A DNA stretch of 63,727 bases, the filler included, from Rhabdomonas costata (Eukaryota), in assembly GCA_019059605.1 (NCBI GenBank). It is 31 parts of 31 records of this genome, joined end to end, with 100 filler letters (N's around TTAATTAATTAA, not from the genome) between each part and the next. Parts side by side here need not be neighbours in the genome. Positions count along the whole stretch, not along the records: positions 20,595 to 22,553 come from JAHMHO010006972.1; positions 22,654 to 24,613 come from JAHMHO010006973.1; positions 24,714 to 26,672 come from JAHMHO010006974.1; positions 26,773 to 28,731 come from JAHMHO010006975.1; positions 28,832 to 30,792 come from JAHMHO010006976.1; positions 30,893 to 32,852 come from JAHMHO010006977.1; positions 32,953 to 34,911 come from JAHMHO010006978.1; 24 more parts are not named here. One strand, given 5' to 3'. Below are positions 22,060-35,011 of this stretch, in pieces; position 1 is the first letter of the stretch, and each line of letters opens with the position of its first letter. A program made the position numbers and the translations under genes. Under the pieces are notes generated by a model. It was not told the DNA's origin. It worked only from the letters and a program-made list of their open reading frames with translations, and searched no databases.

Positions 22060-22390
22060 CTTCCGGGTCGGCCTACGGCGGCCTCCACTTCAGCATAGTA
22101 CGTAGCGTACGCTCAGATGGCCAATGCGGAGTAGGTATCGAGGTAGAGTAGGGGCTCTGGGCAGAGGAGCGCAGTGACGAATGCGCAGGGGATGTTCATA
22201 CATTTAGGGAGCATACGAGCATCAGCGAGTATGCGACCAGCAAAGACTAAAAGGGGCGTTCCCCGTCATAGGGATTCAGACATTTAGCGAGCATACGAGC
22301 GTAGCTGGTATGCGAGCCTAGTAAACTGAGCAAGGAGCGGAGCGACGCAGCAATAAAAAGGGCCCCATGAACGCAGTGAATGGGGTAGTA
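22060..22390 (+). repeat. Hairpin-array repeat family, copy 1 (GAGCGNAGCGA-capped stems)
   Basis: GCATAC-gagcatcagcga-GTATGC (22211-22234), GCATAC-gagcgtagctg-GTATGC (22291-22313), CCCCAT-gaacgcagtga-ATGGGG (22363-22385). Shares CGACCAGCAAAGAC with the ~55760 region. Confidence 0.7.
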
Positions 22391-23728
22391 GATCTTCAAG
22401 TTGGTTATATGAGGTCTTTTTACGCCTTCGGCACCCATTCTTGCATTTGGGTGGTATCATGTGGGTTCTACATTGGGGATTTCTACTAGCATTTCTAGCA
22501 TCTCGGTCTCTTGTGAGTTGAGTACCATTTTAGCTGGTTCTGAATTTCAACACNNNNNNNNNNNNNNNNNNNNNNNNNNNNNNNNNNNNNNNNNNNNTTA
22601 ATTAATTAANNNNNNNNNNNNNNNNNNNNNNNNNNNNNNNNNNNNNNNNNNNNTTTGGTGTGGGTTGGAAAAAGGTGGCGATAGTCTGTGGAAGGAATCT
22701 GTGGAGATCATGGTGATAATTTGAGGAGAGGGTGTGGAGAGTATTTTTATCAATAGTTCTGAGGTTCCAACAGGTTCTCGCACAAGCTGGCACAGGTGCT
22801 GGCACAAGCCGTCCGGCTTATTCTTTCCTGGTTTGGGGAAGGGGGCAAAAAGTCCCCACCCACACGCACTCACAGGAAACGCGGGGGAGTCAGTCAGAGT
22901 GGTTGGTGGATCTTTCTCACTCTCCAGCACCCCACTTGCCCCCCCCCCCCCAAAAAAAAGGCTGCTGGGCTGCCCGCGACAGCGCAGCGTTGTCGCTGTG
23001 GTGGGGGTGCTTTTGGCCGTTGTGGTACCGCTGTTGGTAGCTGCTGTACTTCTGTGGCTGGCGAGTGGGCACCTGCTGCGGCGATAGTCCTCGGCCCGGA
23101 CAAGGGAGGAGGATGCCGAATGAAAACGCTTTCTCTTTGTGGACTCCTTGTGAAAAGAGATTGCAGACCTGCTTCCGTCACAACCGTTGACCGATCCGCA
23201 TTTTTTTGCTCGAATTGCGGTTGCGAAAGCGTTTTTTTGGGTTGCTGATCGGTGGTAGGGGTGGTAATGACCGAATGAAGGCGGTGTACCTGCTTCAGGG
23301 ATAAAACTGCGTGGGTAGGCTCAGCCCAAAAACCCCTTCCCTGGCAAAGTCACCCACGGTCTCCCGTTAACAAACCAGAATGTATCTTTCCGCAATTCAA
23401 AAAGATTCGCGTTGTAGCACATTGTTTATGATCGAGTTGCCCGCCCTGTTTTGGCATTCAGCTAGCAGCTTTTTCTCGGCCTTTTTTCGGGAACCGGGTC
23501 GAATGGCTGAATGAAGGTCTTTAAATCAGCGTCAGCTACTACACCAAGACAAAACAAAGTTTGAGTTGGAAAAAACGTTCACATCAACAACGGAAAGCGT
23601 GTTTCCTTCCCGGATTTAGCCGATGTTCTCCTCTGCTTTTGCTTACCACTAAATATCCTTCTTGACCTTTGTGTCTGCTCTTCTTGGGTACCTGATTTGT
23701 CTCTTCGCTTCTTGCTTGTTGTTCCGAA

Positions 23729-24193
23729 ATGGACCTCTCGTCGCGGAGGCTGATCATCCTGGGCCTTGGGTTTCGGGTCACCGAGGCGGAGTTCCGCGCC
23801 TTCTTCGCCACTTACGGGCCCATTGAGGACGCCACGATAATGGTGCCGATACAGAACTCACACCCATACACTCATCCGCGCATTCGCGCATGCTCGACCT
23901 TTTGTCCATCAAAACGGCTGCACCTGTAGGCTACAGAGAGTTGCCGACCAGCCCGAGCGGCGCGGTTTTCATTGTGAACAGTAGTTGGTAGATGCGGGAA
24001 TCTCAGTCTATGGTGGTTTTTATTAGCCTGCGAGCTCTCCAATTATTTCAGGGCTTTCATACCTTTTGCCACGCTCTGGGTGGTTCACTTTGGTTTTGTG
24101 AGTGTACTGGAGGGTATGGGCACTCGCAGCTGGACAATGCGACGGGCCTGTCCAGGGGGTTCGGCTTTGTGACGTTCCAGAACCCAGAGTCTG
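23729..24193 (+). CDS. RRM RNA-binding protein (hnRNP A/Musashi/DAZAP1-like), 5' part; exons 23729-23842 and 24130-24193
   Basis: MDLSSRRLIILGLGFRVTEAEFRAFFATYGPIEDATIM|LDNATGLSRGFGFVTF, with RNP2-like and RNP1 motifs. Confidence 0.92.
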
Positions 24194-25089
24194 GTGTCGC
24201 GCTCACCCATCCTCCTATTCTATCCATTCATTGCTGCAGAGGAAGCCACCTGCAAAGAGGTTTGGGCACACGGCATATGGCGTTCATTGCGCAAGTCTCG
24301 TTGCTGGAGGGACATGCATCATGCTTTGGCTGAGAACCATATGTATGGACTCGTTATGCTGCCCCTTGCTTCACATGATATTCAATTTTGTTAATTAAAC
24401 TAAATGTCGGCAAAAGAATCTTTGAAGCGCAAAACCACGGTACAGCGCAAAACCACGGGGCAAGTGTTCTTGAAGCGTCTGGGGTGCAGTACCACAAGAG
24501 CAGTGTACAAGGAGCGCGATAGAGATCTGAGGGGAATGCAAAGTACAAGGTCTGAAAAGGAAACTAAACAACAAACAGACAACAGGGAACGTCAGAAAGG
24601 TGCAAAAACCAACNNNNNNNNNNNNNNNNNNNNNNNNNNNNNNNNNNNNNNNNNNNNTTAATTAATTAANNNNNNNNNNNNNNNNNNNNNNNNNNNNNNN
24701 NNNNNNNNNNNNNGGTTGCTTTCCAACCACCTTTGCTACGCAACCTGTATGAATACGTCAAACTCACAGACTTTCCCTCTTCGCTTGTTGCGCCTCGGCT
24801 CATGTTGAAGTGGATATTGCAGCCTTATATTTGACCCAAAACACTCGGAAGGGGACTAAGAAGCCTCCATTGTACAACATCTTTTGCACGCACACCTTGA
24901 TGTTTCACTTCTACTGCGCTAGCTGATGCTAATTTGTCAATGGGGGTATTCTGCATCACTGCAATGCTTAGATAAACTAGGCCGCTTGCTGGCCGGTGGC
25001 AGTTTCAATGCTTACACCTTCCTCTTTTGCTTTCAAAGGAGCACAGAAAACAAATATAAACCAGAGAACGTCCACAGATTGTCTCAGAA

Positions 25090-25525
25090 TCCTCACAACA
25101 CACCAAACCAAACCAAAACTTTTCTGAAATGAGAAAAGGGGAACCTCTTGGCTTCCTGGCGTTCACTCCTCTTTCGTCGGTCCTGTTTTCCTTCCTCGCT
25201 CTCATCTCCATTCTTCTGCTTGATCCTGCTTGATGTACGTGATTTCATTGCTCGTTCCGCGGCCTTTTTCTTATTGGGCTTTGTCTTCTCGCTGGAATGC
25301 CGTCGATCTCCTCTGACATTCTGAAACAAACTTAGACAAAAATCTCCTCTTGAACCCTGCTCGATGCAACACCCCCCTTCTCCACCACCTCTTGTCTCAT
25401 CTGCTGCCGTCCCTTGGCATCATCCGCTCTTGAATCCCGGCCTTCCATCGCTGCATCTCTTTGCTTGCAACCTGTGCTTCTATTCTTTATCGCATTTTGG
25501 ACTTCTGGACTAACCCACTTCACTC
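25090..25525 (-). mobile_element. Possible decayed LINE ORF2 linker fragment
   Basis: Stop-interrupted basic translation KWVSPEVQNAIKNR.. resembles the LINE 'PW(I/V)xxE(I/V)xxAIKxR' segment. Confidence 0.25.
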
Positions 25526-25705
25526 ATTGACTCTATTTCGGGCCACCTGCTATGACATGTTTGTTTGTTTTGGGGTTCCCATCCTTAAATCTATCCGTCG
25601 CGAAAACCAATGTTTTAAGCGGACAAGTGGCTCAGAAAAAAGCCCCCGCAAACAGAGAGCTGGGGAGAAAAGCCTGGTTGGGGCGCCCCGTAATATCCTC
25701 CATCC

Positions 25706-26672
25706 TCATCCTGCTTCGGGGTGGGGGGTCCGTTGCGCAACAGGTGGTTTCAGGGATTTGCGGCTGCTCGGCGACGGGTCTCGGGCGCTTTGGCGGTCGT
25801 GGGTTGTGCTGTCCACCCCGGCGGCCGCCGGCGAAGAGGCCGATTCGTAGTAGGACCGGTCGCTTATTCTTGCCCGTGCGGCAAAAGCGGCTTCAAAGGG
25901 GTGAAGGATGGGCGCAACAAGACCTACAAGGCCAGAGCCGGGATTGCAGGTGGACGTACCCCGCGACCGGCCTTAATGAGTGGAGAACGCATTAGCCATG
26001 TGGATACTAGTGCCCCCACGGTATCTGCCCCCTTCTGGTTGCAACCAACGCTGCTTTTTGTGGCCTTTACGGCTCGGGCGAGCCATTTGGCGACACGCAT
26101 GGTAAAGCTTCCAAATCCCAAGCATGGCAAGACCATTGTTCATAGGCATTTGCACTTTTACTTTTGCGAAGTAGTCATTTGGGAGACGAGGATCAGGATT
26201 AACATTAAAAGAAATGACGCCTTTCCAGAGTATGAATAACTACACGGTCCAATCCGGAAAAGGGGCCAGAACGATCCTGGACAGCCACTTCGATAGAGAG
26301 CGGCAGTAACAACAGGAACGGCAGGACCACCCCTGTTTCCCATCCTGTGCTATACAATCGCTCAACATGCGAAACTCCACAATTATATGACCGAAAAACA
26401 ACGACTTCTGAGCATACATCGCGTATACCCTTTCATCATCGACCTTGTATTACTCAAGACTTTCTCTCCAAAAGACAAACACAGCGCGTTACAAACGAGA
26501 CGTCCCTGTGTCTCCGTGTACGTGTGCAGAGGTCCTCAACGCATTAGCAGAACAGTCTCGTGACCACACTTTTCTGCGCTGAATCCTTCGAAGGCGACGT
26601 GTGAAGTCAACAGCGGCAGTTCTCGTGCCAGCTCGTCAACTCGAAGTGCGGCCGCCAGAAGCGGACCGCATC
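25706..26672 (-). CDS. Hypothetical protein 3' end (exons approx. >26672-26565, 26345-26245, 25923-25706)
   Basis: GC-rich AG/GT-bounded segments: ..LRVDELARELPLLTSHVAFEGF..; WETGVVLPFLLLLP..; LVAPILHPFEAAFAARARI..EAG*. Joins are only partly verified. Confidence 0.35.
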
Positions 26673-26772
26673 NNNNNNNNNNNNNNNNNNNNNNNNNNNN
26701 NNNNNNNNNNNNNNNNTTAATTAATTAANNNNNNNNNNNNNNNNNNNNNNNNNNNNNNNNNNNNNNNNNNNN

Positions 26773-27077
26773 TGTGGGGGTGTCAAAAGCCCAGCGAGCA
26801 ACCTGGTTAGTCCAGCGCCCCGACCGCCAGCGGCTGTTCGGCCTCCTGCGGTCCCGAGGCAAAAGCTGACCCTTTCTGAGTACGTCAGCCGAGAAACCGT
26901 GCAACGGCTTCAGCGGTGAGCGATTTGGAAATGGATGGCCAGCCCGCTGCTATTTCTGCTTGTTCCTTTCTTGTCCGTGTGGTCTTTTTCTGTTCAGTTT
27001 ATTTTTGCTTCTTCCTAGATGTTTGAATAGTATCGCACAATGTCTGGGTGCCGGAGGGTTTGGAAGTACCGTTTAGC
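26773..27077 (+). CDS. 3' end of a hypothetical protein (exon ending at the GTGAG donor ~26916; terminal exon from ~27019)
   Basis: ..PRQKLTLSEYVSRETVQRLQR|CLNSIAQCLGAGGFGSTV*, in frame across GT-AG with a long pyrimidine tract. Confidence 0.45.
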
Positions 27078-27650
27078 TGTACGCTGTCGTGGTAGCGCTT
27101 CTGTCCTTCGGAATTGAGGGATGGGTTTCTTCCTGGAACGTGGTGTGCGTGTACGAAAATGATGACGAGCCAGAAGTGAACCCTCTACACCAGTCAAATG
27201 ATCCCGCTTTTGGGTTTCTCAACGCAGATACACAGAAATAATCGCCGTCTTGCAAAAGCTGGTTTCTTGGGGCTCAGCACAGATTGGCTGGTTAGACCTT
27301 CTATGTTGTGTTTCCCGTCTCTTCGGTTAACCTGGATGGCAAAAACGGTGCCCTGCACGTGAAACAGAGAGCAACCGAAAGCACAACCGACAAAAGCGGA
27401 TGACTGTATACAGTTCCCTTCAGGCCTCATAAATAGTTGCTCAGGCAGGACAACCGCCCGCACAACGCTTTGCTGTCATGTGCAAGTGTAATTCACTGAC
27501 ATCGTCCCATTTTCTTGCGTGAGCGCTTGCGTTCTCGAAAGACGAAAGATCAAAACCGTTGCATTTGCCTAATCTCTGTTTGATTGGGGGGAAGGAAGGT
27601 GCCTCTTCTGTTGGAGCAAGCCTCCTTCATTTCTGAAAATCTGAGGCCGG

Positions 27651-28445
27651 ATGGCCGCTGAGGTTGGGGCTGTGGTGGAGGTGCTTGTGGGGCGGATTGT
27701 GGAGCTGCAGCAGCTCATCGCCCATCACGAGGAGGCCTACCCCGACCTCGCGGAGATGAGGGCCCCCCACGCCACGGAGACCTCCTACCTTAACGCTCTT
27801 CTGGGTGGCCCGCAGCCCAGGCTGCTGGAGAGCGCCCGCCATGAGGGGGGCAAGCCCCCCACTGGCGAAGCACTAGGCTTGCGCCGGGAGGTGCTGTGTG
27901 CGTTTGTTATTGAGGTGGGTTGTGGGCCATCGCCCATACCTGCTTTGCTTAAGACTATGCCAGACATATGTTTGCCAGGTGGGTACCGAAGCCGAGTTCA
28001 GCCCATTTTTAGAGATTTTTAATACTTTTGGAAAACTCATGGGGCTTTCGTTGCATTTTGATTTAGCCACGCGTTTCATCAGTTAAGAATACAGGCAAAT
28101 TTTTTCCTGTTGTTCAAGTAGTATTTTTGCCGATAGTGTTCCCCCCTTCCTGGAGGCCAATACCGCCCGAAAAGTCCGTTTCCTCGGAGTTCGACTTCAG
28201 ACGCAAATGCGCAAGGGCTGCATTCGAGCCCAGCCTGGGCTCAATTTTCTCCTGGTGCCCCCTAGTGAGTCCGGGGGGAGGTGGGATGGTGTGGGGGGTC
28301 GTTTTTAGGCCTTCGAGTCAGTGTCGCTGACAGTCGAGCAGGCTGTGCGACTGCGCTCGGACAACTGCCGCCTGACGGCAGAGAATCTCAGGCTGAGTGC
28401 GGAGAACGCCTCTCTAGTGACGGAGAACGCTCTGCTGTGCAAGAG
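27651..28445 (+). CDS. Coiled-coil hypothetical protein, 5' part; exons 27651-27890 and 28309-~28445
   Basis: MAAEVGAVVEVLVGRIVELQQL..LRRE|AFESVSLTVEQAVRLRSDNCRLTAENLRLSAENASLVTENALL (heptad LxxEN repeats), GC3-rich. Confidence 0.7.
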
Positions 28446-29765
28446 GCACCCGCCCGCACCTGCAAACTTACGACACATACGCATACATACACCCATACAT
28501 ACAGACCCACACACACCGAACGATACAGGTGAATTGTGTTACCGTAGACGTAAGAGGACAGTTTCGGAACTTTTTATTGTATTTAATATGGTTGGGAGGG
28601 AGAGAAGAGCTGATGAGGATTCTGTGTTATGGAGATGCGCCCAAGGCCTCTTGGAAGACCCCTTTTCTGTCTCCCACCACCCTGTCCCCTTCCTTCTTTT
28701 GGTGCTCATAAAGTTAACCGTTACCACCAACNNNNNNNNNNNNNNNNNNNNNNNNNNNNNNNNNNNNNNNNNNNNTTAATTAATTAANNNNNNNNNNNNN
28801 NNNNNNNNNNNNNNNNNNNNNNNNNNNNNNNTAGGTTACCTCTTTCCGGCGCCGCCCGACGTCAATTTCATGAAAAAGTGCACAAAAACATGAGTTTATG
28901 AGTTTGCGGTGTTTTTGAGAGGGAAACAAACAAGAGCAGTCACATTTCCAAACACAAAGACAGATCCACACCAATCTGATGGGAAGCGACAAAACACCAA
29001 CCTCTGAATACTTCGGGCATGGCGGAATGAGTCGCTGTTGACATTTATTTAGCACACCAGCAGACAGGCAGAAACGCTACCATTTCCGCATGGCATCATG
29101 CCTTATTTGCATTATGAGTGTTGTTTCTCACTTCGTTTAATTTAGGGTCCTGCTATAGGCGAAATCAAGCCACGTTTCGTTACCGTACGACAATGGAGAA
29201 ATTAAGGTTGACACGTGAAGGAAAGCACTGGAAAGTGCATTTCAGTCCAGCACGCCTCACTAATTTCTCAAAGAAGAGCAGGATTGGAAAACTAACACAG
29301 TAGAGTCACGCCCTGGCTTGTTCTCTGTTCTTTGTGAAGTAGAGAAACAACTCAGCAGCCTGCACATGGGACCCCAAAAGAGCGAAACTCCCATGGCAAG
29401 ACTGGGCACCTCCCCCATCTCCGAAGGAGAAGCAGGGGATGGCGACGAAACCCACCCACTCACACTAACACGCGAGAGCTGATCGCTCACCAGTCAAGCG
29501 TCAGTAAAAACAGGGAAGAGGGACATGGAAAATGTCAAGCGCACGCACGGACGCCAGTGATCTCCCCTGAACTCATGGAGCATGGCGTGAGGGCAGAGCA
29601 AGGAGCGTGGGGTGCTATCCTCTCTCTCTCACCCTTTTCCGGTCGGAAAGAAAAACTCACACTTCCTTTAGAGTTTACTCAGACACAAACCTGTGAGAGC
29701 TGATCACTCCCAGGTCAAGCAAAGAACTTATTAAAATGAGCGAAGAGAGCCAAAAAGATGTCAGG

Positions 29766-29797
<32 letters not shown>

Positions 29798-32700
29798 CGT
29801 ACACCAGCTCAGTATCACGGCATTGCTCAGCTAAAAAGCGAGGGGTGCTATCCCCTCTCTCGTTGCATCGTCGCACAAAACCACAGAGTCACACAACCCA
29901 ACTTCGGTCGGACACGAAGGCCAAATCTCTGATGGAGCTGACAAATTACGCACCCGCGAAAAAAATCAGCAAAAAGAAAAAACACCAAGCTGACGCCAAA
30001 GTGCAGGCAAGGGGTTCAAACCCTTCTTACCAGCGACATACAAAAACACAAACAATGAGCTGGGCGCTCAGACTGAGGTGATGAGAAGACAGTGCGAAGG
30101 ACCACCCGCAAGTGGCTCTGTCTTTCCCTTTACATCCCTCCTTCGTGCTTCGGAAGAAGGGAGGGTTGTCAAGGAATGCAGCAGGCACAGTGGGGTGCAG
30201 GAGAGGGAAGGGGTGACCGTACTGGTAGCCTTGCCGGGGCAGCTGCTGGAGCTACACGCCGGGTTGCCTGCACAAAGGACCAAAAAGCAAACAGGAAATC
30301 CAAGGCGGAAGATACGCGTTGGGAACGCATTTAACAGAGGAAATCAAAGAGCGCAACGGCGGGAGCCGTGCCGCCATGTAACAGCTCGAAGCCGGGGGCG
30401 TCCGTACCGGGCTCCTGGGGAAATCGAGCTTCGACCCCGAATCGCACACGTCTGCTCTCCGGGAGATTTTGGCCCAGTCCCGCATTATATACCGCTTAAC
30501 TCTAATACGGTTTGCCCAGAGACGCCTGAAGGCCATAGGCTCATAGACACCCTACATAAACTTTATAAAGGGGGTCCCCAAGGTGGCCCCACCTACTCGA
30601 GCTTGCACAGCCAGCCCCAGAACCGGCAAATTTGTACACCTAGCCCCCACTTGCTGGGGGTGCACTCCATAGTCCGCCCACGGAGGTACTGTTATTCAGA
30701 CGGCCTATCGGCTGGTCTTCAGGGCATATAGGAAGGTGAGAGACTCCCGGTAGGGGGATTATGGGGATTATGGCACACAGCGACCCAAAACANNNNNNNN
30801 NNNNNNNNNNNNNNNNNNNNNNNNNNNNNNNNNNNNTTAATTAATTAANNNNNNNNNNNNNNNNNNNNNNNNNNNNNNNNNNNNNNNNNNNNGGTTTGTG
30901 GGGGAAAAGCGGTACCAAAGGAAACCAAATGCAGGAAGAAAAGCACGAAAGAGGCAACGGGTGTTGTGCAGGGAGAAGACAGTCGCAATGGTCAAGGGGA
31001 ATGGCCAGAAAGGTCATTTGGCCAAAAGGGAATTTCGTAAGGGGGGATATGTGGGTGAAAGTGTGTGTTGTGGGAATACGTGTTTCCGGGCAAGAAGTGA
31101 TCCTTGGCCGGGGGGAGAAGAATCGGTTTCGGACATTGGGAGGGTTCGCTTTTTTCACGGGGGAGTAGCACCGGAAAAAAAGGTAAGGGGCGACTAATGT
31201 CAGAAACTGGTTTTTGGTGGTGTGGCCATAGGAATCCGTTAGTCAGGGAAAGGGATGCCAAGGGCGCAACAAGTGCCGCAAAAGGGGAGCAGTGGTCAAG
31301 TGCCGTGAATATGTGTGTGTATATGTGTGTTCTGGTTCCCGCTAGCCCTCAAGCCCCATGGCCCGTCTAGTGTGCGGCGGGGTGGGTCTAAATAGAGCCA
31401 CTTGTTGGACCCGGCAGGCGGCACATTTGATCCTTAGGAAAGCCACAGCGGCCGGTTGTACGATCCAAAAAATGGCAGGTTTATACCGGGAACATATGGG
31501 GTCCGATTGCCCAGCTATGGGTGTGTTCCACCCCGATGGCCTGGAGAACGGGGGTAGTGACTCCAAGGCTCCATTTTCGTTACGGACCCGGAGCCCCTAG
31601 ACGTCCCAAGTGTGGGCGGCCGCGACCGGCCACAGATAAAAATGCTGTGTGTCGGCAATGCCCTTCCAACCAACCAAAGAGGATTGAGAGTGACTCTTTG
31701 AATGCCGCCATGGGTGTGATGATGACGCGCGGGAAGTGTTAACCCATACGACGTGTGGATACGCGGTGTCACGGTCGGAGACGCCAAGATCTCAACCTAA
31801 ACCATCACCTTGGGTATTTGCTGGAAATGGAAGGGATCGGAGGGACACGCTATGCGGAAGGGGGGGGGAAAGAAGGGACCCACAGATGAGTTACCCTTGA
31901 TCTTCCTTTTAACCATGCCCATTCCCTCCATAGCTTCGGCGCTCCGGGCCCTGTTAACTAGGTGTTCAATGCTGTGCTTCTCCTCCTAAATGTACCGCTT
32001 ACTCCGAGATTGATTATATCCACGGCGTTACGGTTACCAAATCCTTCGTATGTCGAAGGTGGCTGATGGTGCTGATGAAAAGAGAATCGACCATTCAGAT
32101 ACCAAAGCCAGTGTATGATTTAAGTAATGCTGTAACGCTGCTTGCGCGCCTTGATGTCTGGAGCTTTTGGAGATCAGGATTGACTGATTGACAGCCTTCT
32201 TGCCTGCAGAGCAAGGGGACCAACTCTCACATGGCTTGCAATTGCGGCCCACCAAATGGGCTCTCAGTGGTCCACCATCGTTCAACAAGCCATCAACCAA
32301 CCCGCACCCACAACCACTCACATCCGCACGATCCACTTGGAGCGAGATCTATGAAACGCACGAGAGATAGAGAAAGAAGAGGAAAGAAGAGGGAGAAGAA
32401 GAAGAAGAAGACACTGGGACCCAGCCACCACCACTGCTTGGGAAGGAGAGGTGGAAGTCAGACCTCAACAAGGCCTCTTGAGGAAGCGCCCCTCCCATAA
32501 CATTCCCCAGCCAACGTCATCCCTTCTTGTCGCCAAACCGAAGAGCATGGCAGTAGGCAGGCCACAGAAAGTAGCCCAGCCCACCCAAATATGCGCACGG
32601 CAAGGCACAGGATAGAGGAGGTGGACCCACCAGTGATGGAGTGGGGGATGATATTAGCGGTGTCGAATGGCAAGTGGCTGCCGAGGGAGACCGCTGCCAC

Positions 32701-33337
32701 AACCACAACCGCACCGCCCAAACCCTGTCAGAAAGCCCCCACCTCAACTTAGAACACCTTTTCTCCTAAGATAGCCAAACTCACACACACACACACACAC
32801 ACGCACGCACACACACATACCAGCCACACGCACACCAACCACACCCACCACANNNNNNNNNNNNNNNNNNNNNNNNNNNNNNNNNNNNNNNNNNNNTTAA
32901 TTAATTAANNNNNNNNNNNNNNNNNNNNNNNNNNNNNNNNNNNNNNNNNNNNTGGGTGTGGGAGTATGAGCGGGCGTGCTCGGGTGAGCAGCGGTAGTTT
33001 TGGTAAACAAGAGATAGAGACTCCAGCTCACGGCAGAAAAAACCTTCTCAAGAGCAGGGGGCGCTAGCAGTCCTCCCTAATGCAAGCAGCCTTAACTGCT
33101 CTCCGACTCTGCTTTCAATCCATCGTGTTTGCGGAAAAGACTGGTGATGTATGACTTGTACTCCGCGGATTCTCAGCTTCGATCTCAGGAGCACCAGTGG
33201 GTGCGCGTTTTCAACCCACCAGGCAATTGGCGCGGACAACCCAAAACGAAGGGGTCCTTCGTTCGCGGAAGAGAGCGAGGGCGAATGTGGGGCACGTCCC
33301 CAAGAAGATCAGTGCTTGCTGGGGGGCCAAGCGATGC

Positions 33338-34134
33338 CCATCAGCTGGCTGCAGGTCGCCTTGAGCTTCTCTTGGCCGTGCTCCCACTGCCACAGAGAGG
33401 ACCGCTGCAGAGACTTCATGTGCTGCCGCTGGTTGTACACCCGGCAGCTGTTGACCCCCACCCCTTCTGCCTCAGTGCACGCGCGAATAAAGGATGCGGA
33501 ACGAGACCATGCCTCATTTGGAAATTGACTGCATGCAAGCGCACGAGGCAGTATTAAATATGCGACGCAGAAAACGTTGCAAGAAAATGATCCAAGCGCA
33601 CAATGCAGGCACCACAGCTTCTTAAGCTTCGCTAGCACACAAGAGTGTCGGAAGAACCATGCTTACAAAGTCAGTTTATGGGTGGGGGTAGGGGTGGGGT
33701 TATAAACGTTAACACCAAAGATCCAAGACGAATACGTCCCCCCTAAACTACGACTGTTCTGATCCGACAGTATAATGGCCATTTAGTGCATTGATAGTGC
33801 TGCATGGTGATGTCAACATATCGAGCTTAGTTCAATGGAGCGTCACACAGTGCATCCCCACAAAGTGCATCGCTTGGGGTGCCTACGCACATGCAGACCC
33901 GGTTCTGTCTGGAGGGATGGAGCAGTCTGGGAAGTACCGCTCCTCATGGCCGAGATCTGCCTCCACGGTGGGAGCCCACCGGTGCCCCAGCGCAGAGACA
34001 TTGGCGTAGTGCCAGGCCTGCAGGTACCGCGGGTGGGCAGAGTCCCCCAGCTGGCGCTCAATCCACAGGTGCCCGGTGTGTTCCCAGTTGAAGAGAATGT
34101 AGTGCTTCAGCGCGTGCATGGTGGAGATCGTTGC
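33338..34134 (-). CDS. Hypothetical protein, internal exons 34134-33899 and 33447-~33338
   Basis: In-frame GT-AG join ..YFPDCSIPPDRTG|CRVYNQRQHMKSLQRSSLWQWEHGQEKLKATCSQL, with strong GC3 bias. Confidence 0.7.
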
Positions 34135-34589
34135 CTGAGAGAAATGGTGAGGGGGCAAAGATCCGCACAGAAGGGTTAGGAAACTGCCAGGTTGTTAAAA
34201 CCTCACCGGTTTTTGTTTGGGTTGCGAGTGTTTGCTGGAGGTTGTGGTATTTGATGAGGATCAGAAACGTTACTGGACTTTCGGTCGCTCAAGTGGGAGA
34301 GAATGGAGGGACCGTATCTAAAATGGCAGGGCCCCAGGGAGCTATGTGCCCATCAACATACTGTATAAGGGTTATGTTGCTGGGGGTTATTGTTGGGGAG
34401 TTCGGAAACCCTCTCATGACATTTTTACTTTATGGGAGCACCTTTTCGATAAATCACACTTCTTCAGGTGTGCATCGGGTCTCTCACTGTCCCAGACGAT
34501 GGTATTGACGGAACTGGGATAAGCAAAAAAAGCGGCCAAGCTAACAACACTACACATCAGGAAGAAATGCAATGAGCGCTACAAAGGAA

Positions 34590-34911
34590 GTGTAAAAGGA
34601 ATAAAAGGAGCACAGCCCTCTGCCACATATCAACCAAAGAAATAAAAAACGGAGTGCCCGCACACCGGAGTGGATTTCTGAAGGCAATTTCCCAGAGCTA
34701 CGCACGAAAAGCAGTACCCTGATAAAAACAAACAGGAAAAACTGGCGCACGGAAAAAAAACCCGGGAAAATGTCCCATTATTATGTGTAAAAGGAATAAA
34801 AGGAGCACAGCCCTCTGCCACATATCAACCAAAGAAATAAAAAACGGAGTGCCCGCACACCGGAGTGGATTTCTGAAGGCAATTTCCCAGAGCTACGCAC
34901 GAAAAGCAGTA
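34590..34911. repeat. Direct tandem repeat, period 195 bp, truncated by the contig end
   Basis: GTGTAAAAGGAATAAAAGGAGCACAGCC...GAAAAGCAGTA at 34590 and again at 34785, identical over about 127 bp. Confidence 0.92.
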
Positions 34912-35011
34912 NNNNNNNNNNNNNNNNNNNNNNNNNNNNNNNNNNNNNNNNNNNNTTAATTAATTAANNNNNNNNNNNNNNNNNNNNNNNNNNNNNNNNN
35001 NNNNNNNNNNN

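Noticed and set aside
30893-32852. Possible retroelement or gene in this contig
   Set aside because: Only short, broken ORFs without diagnostic motifs.
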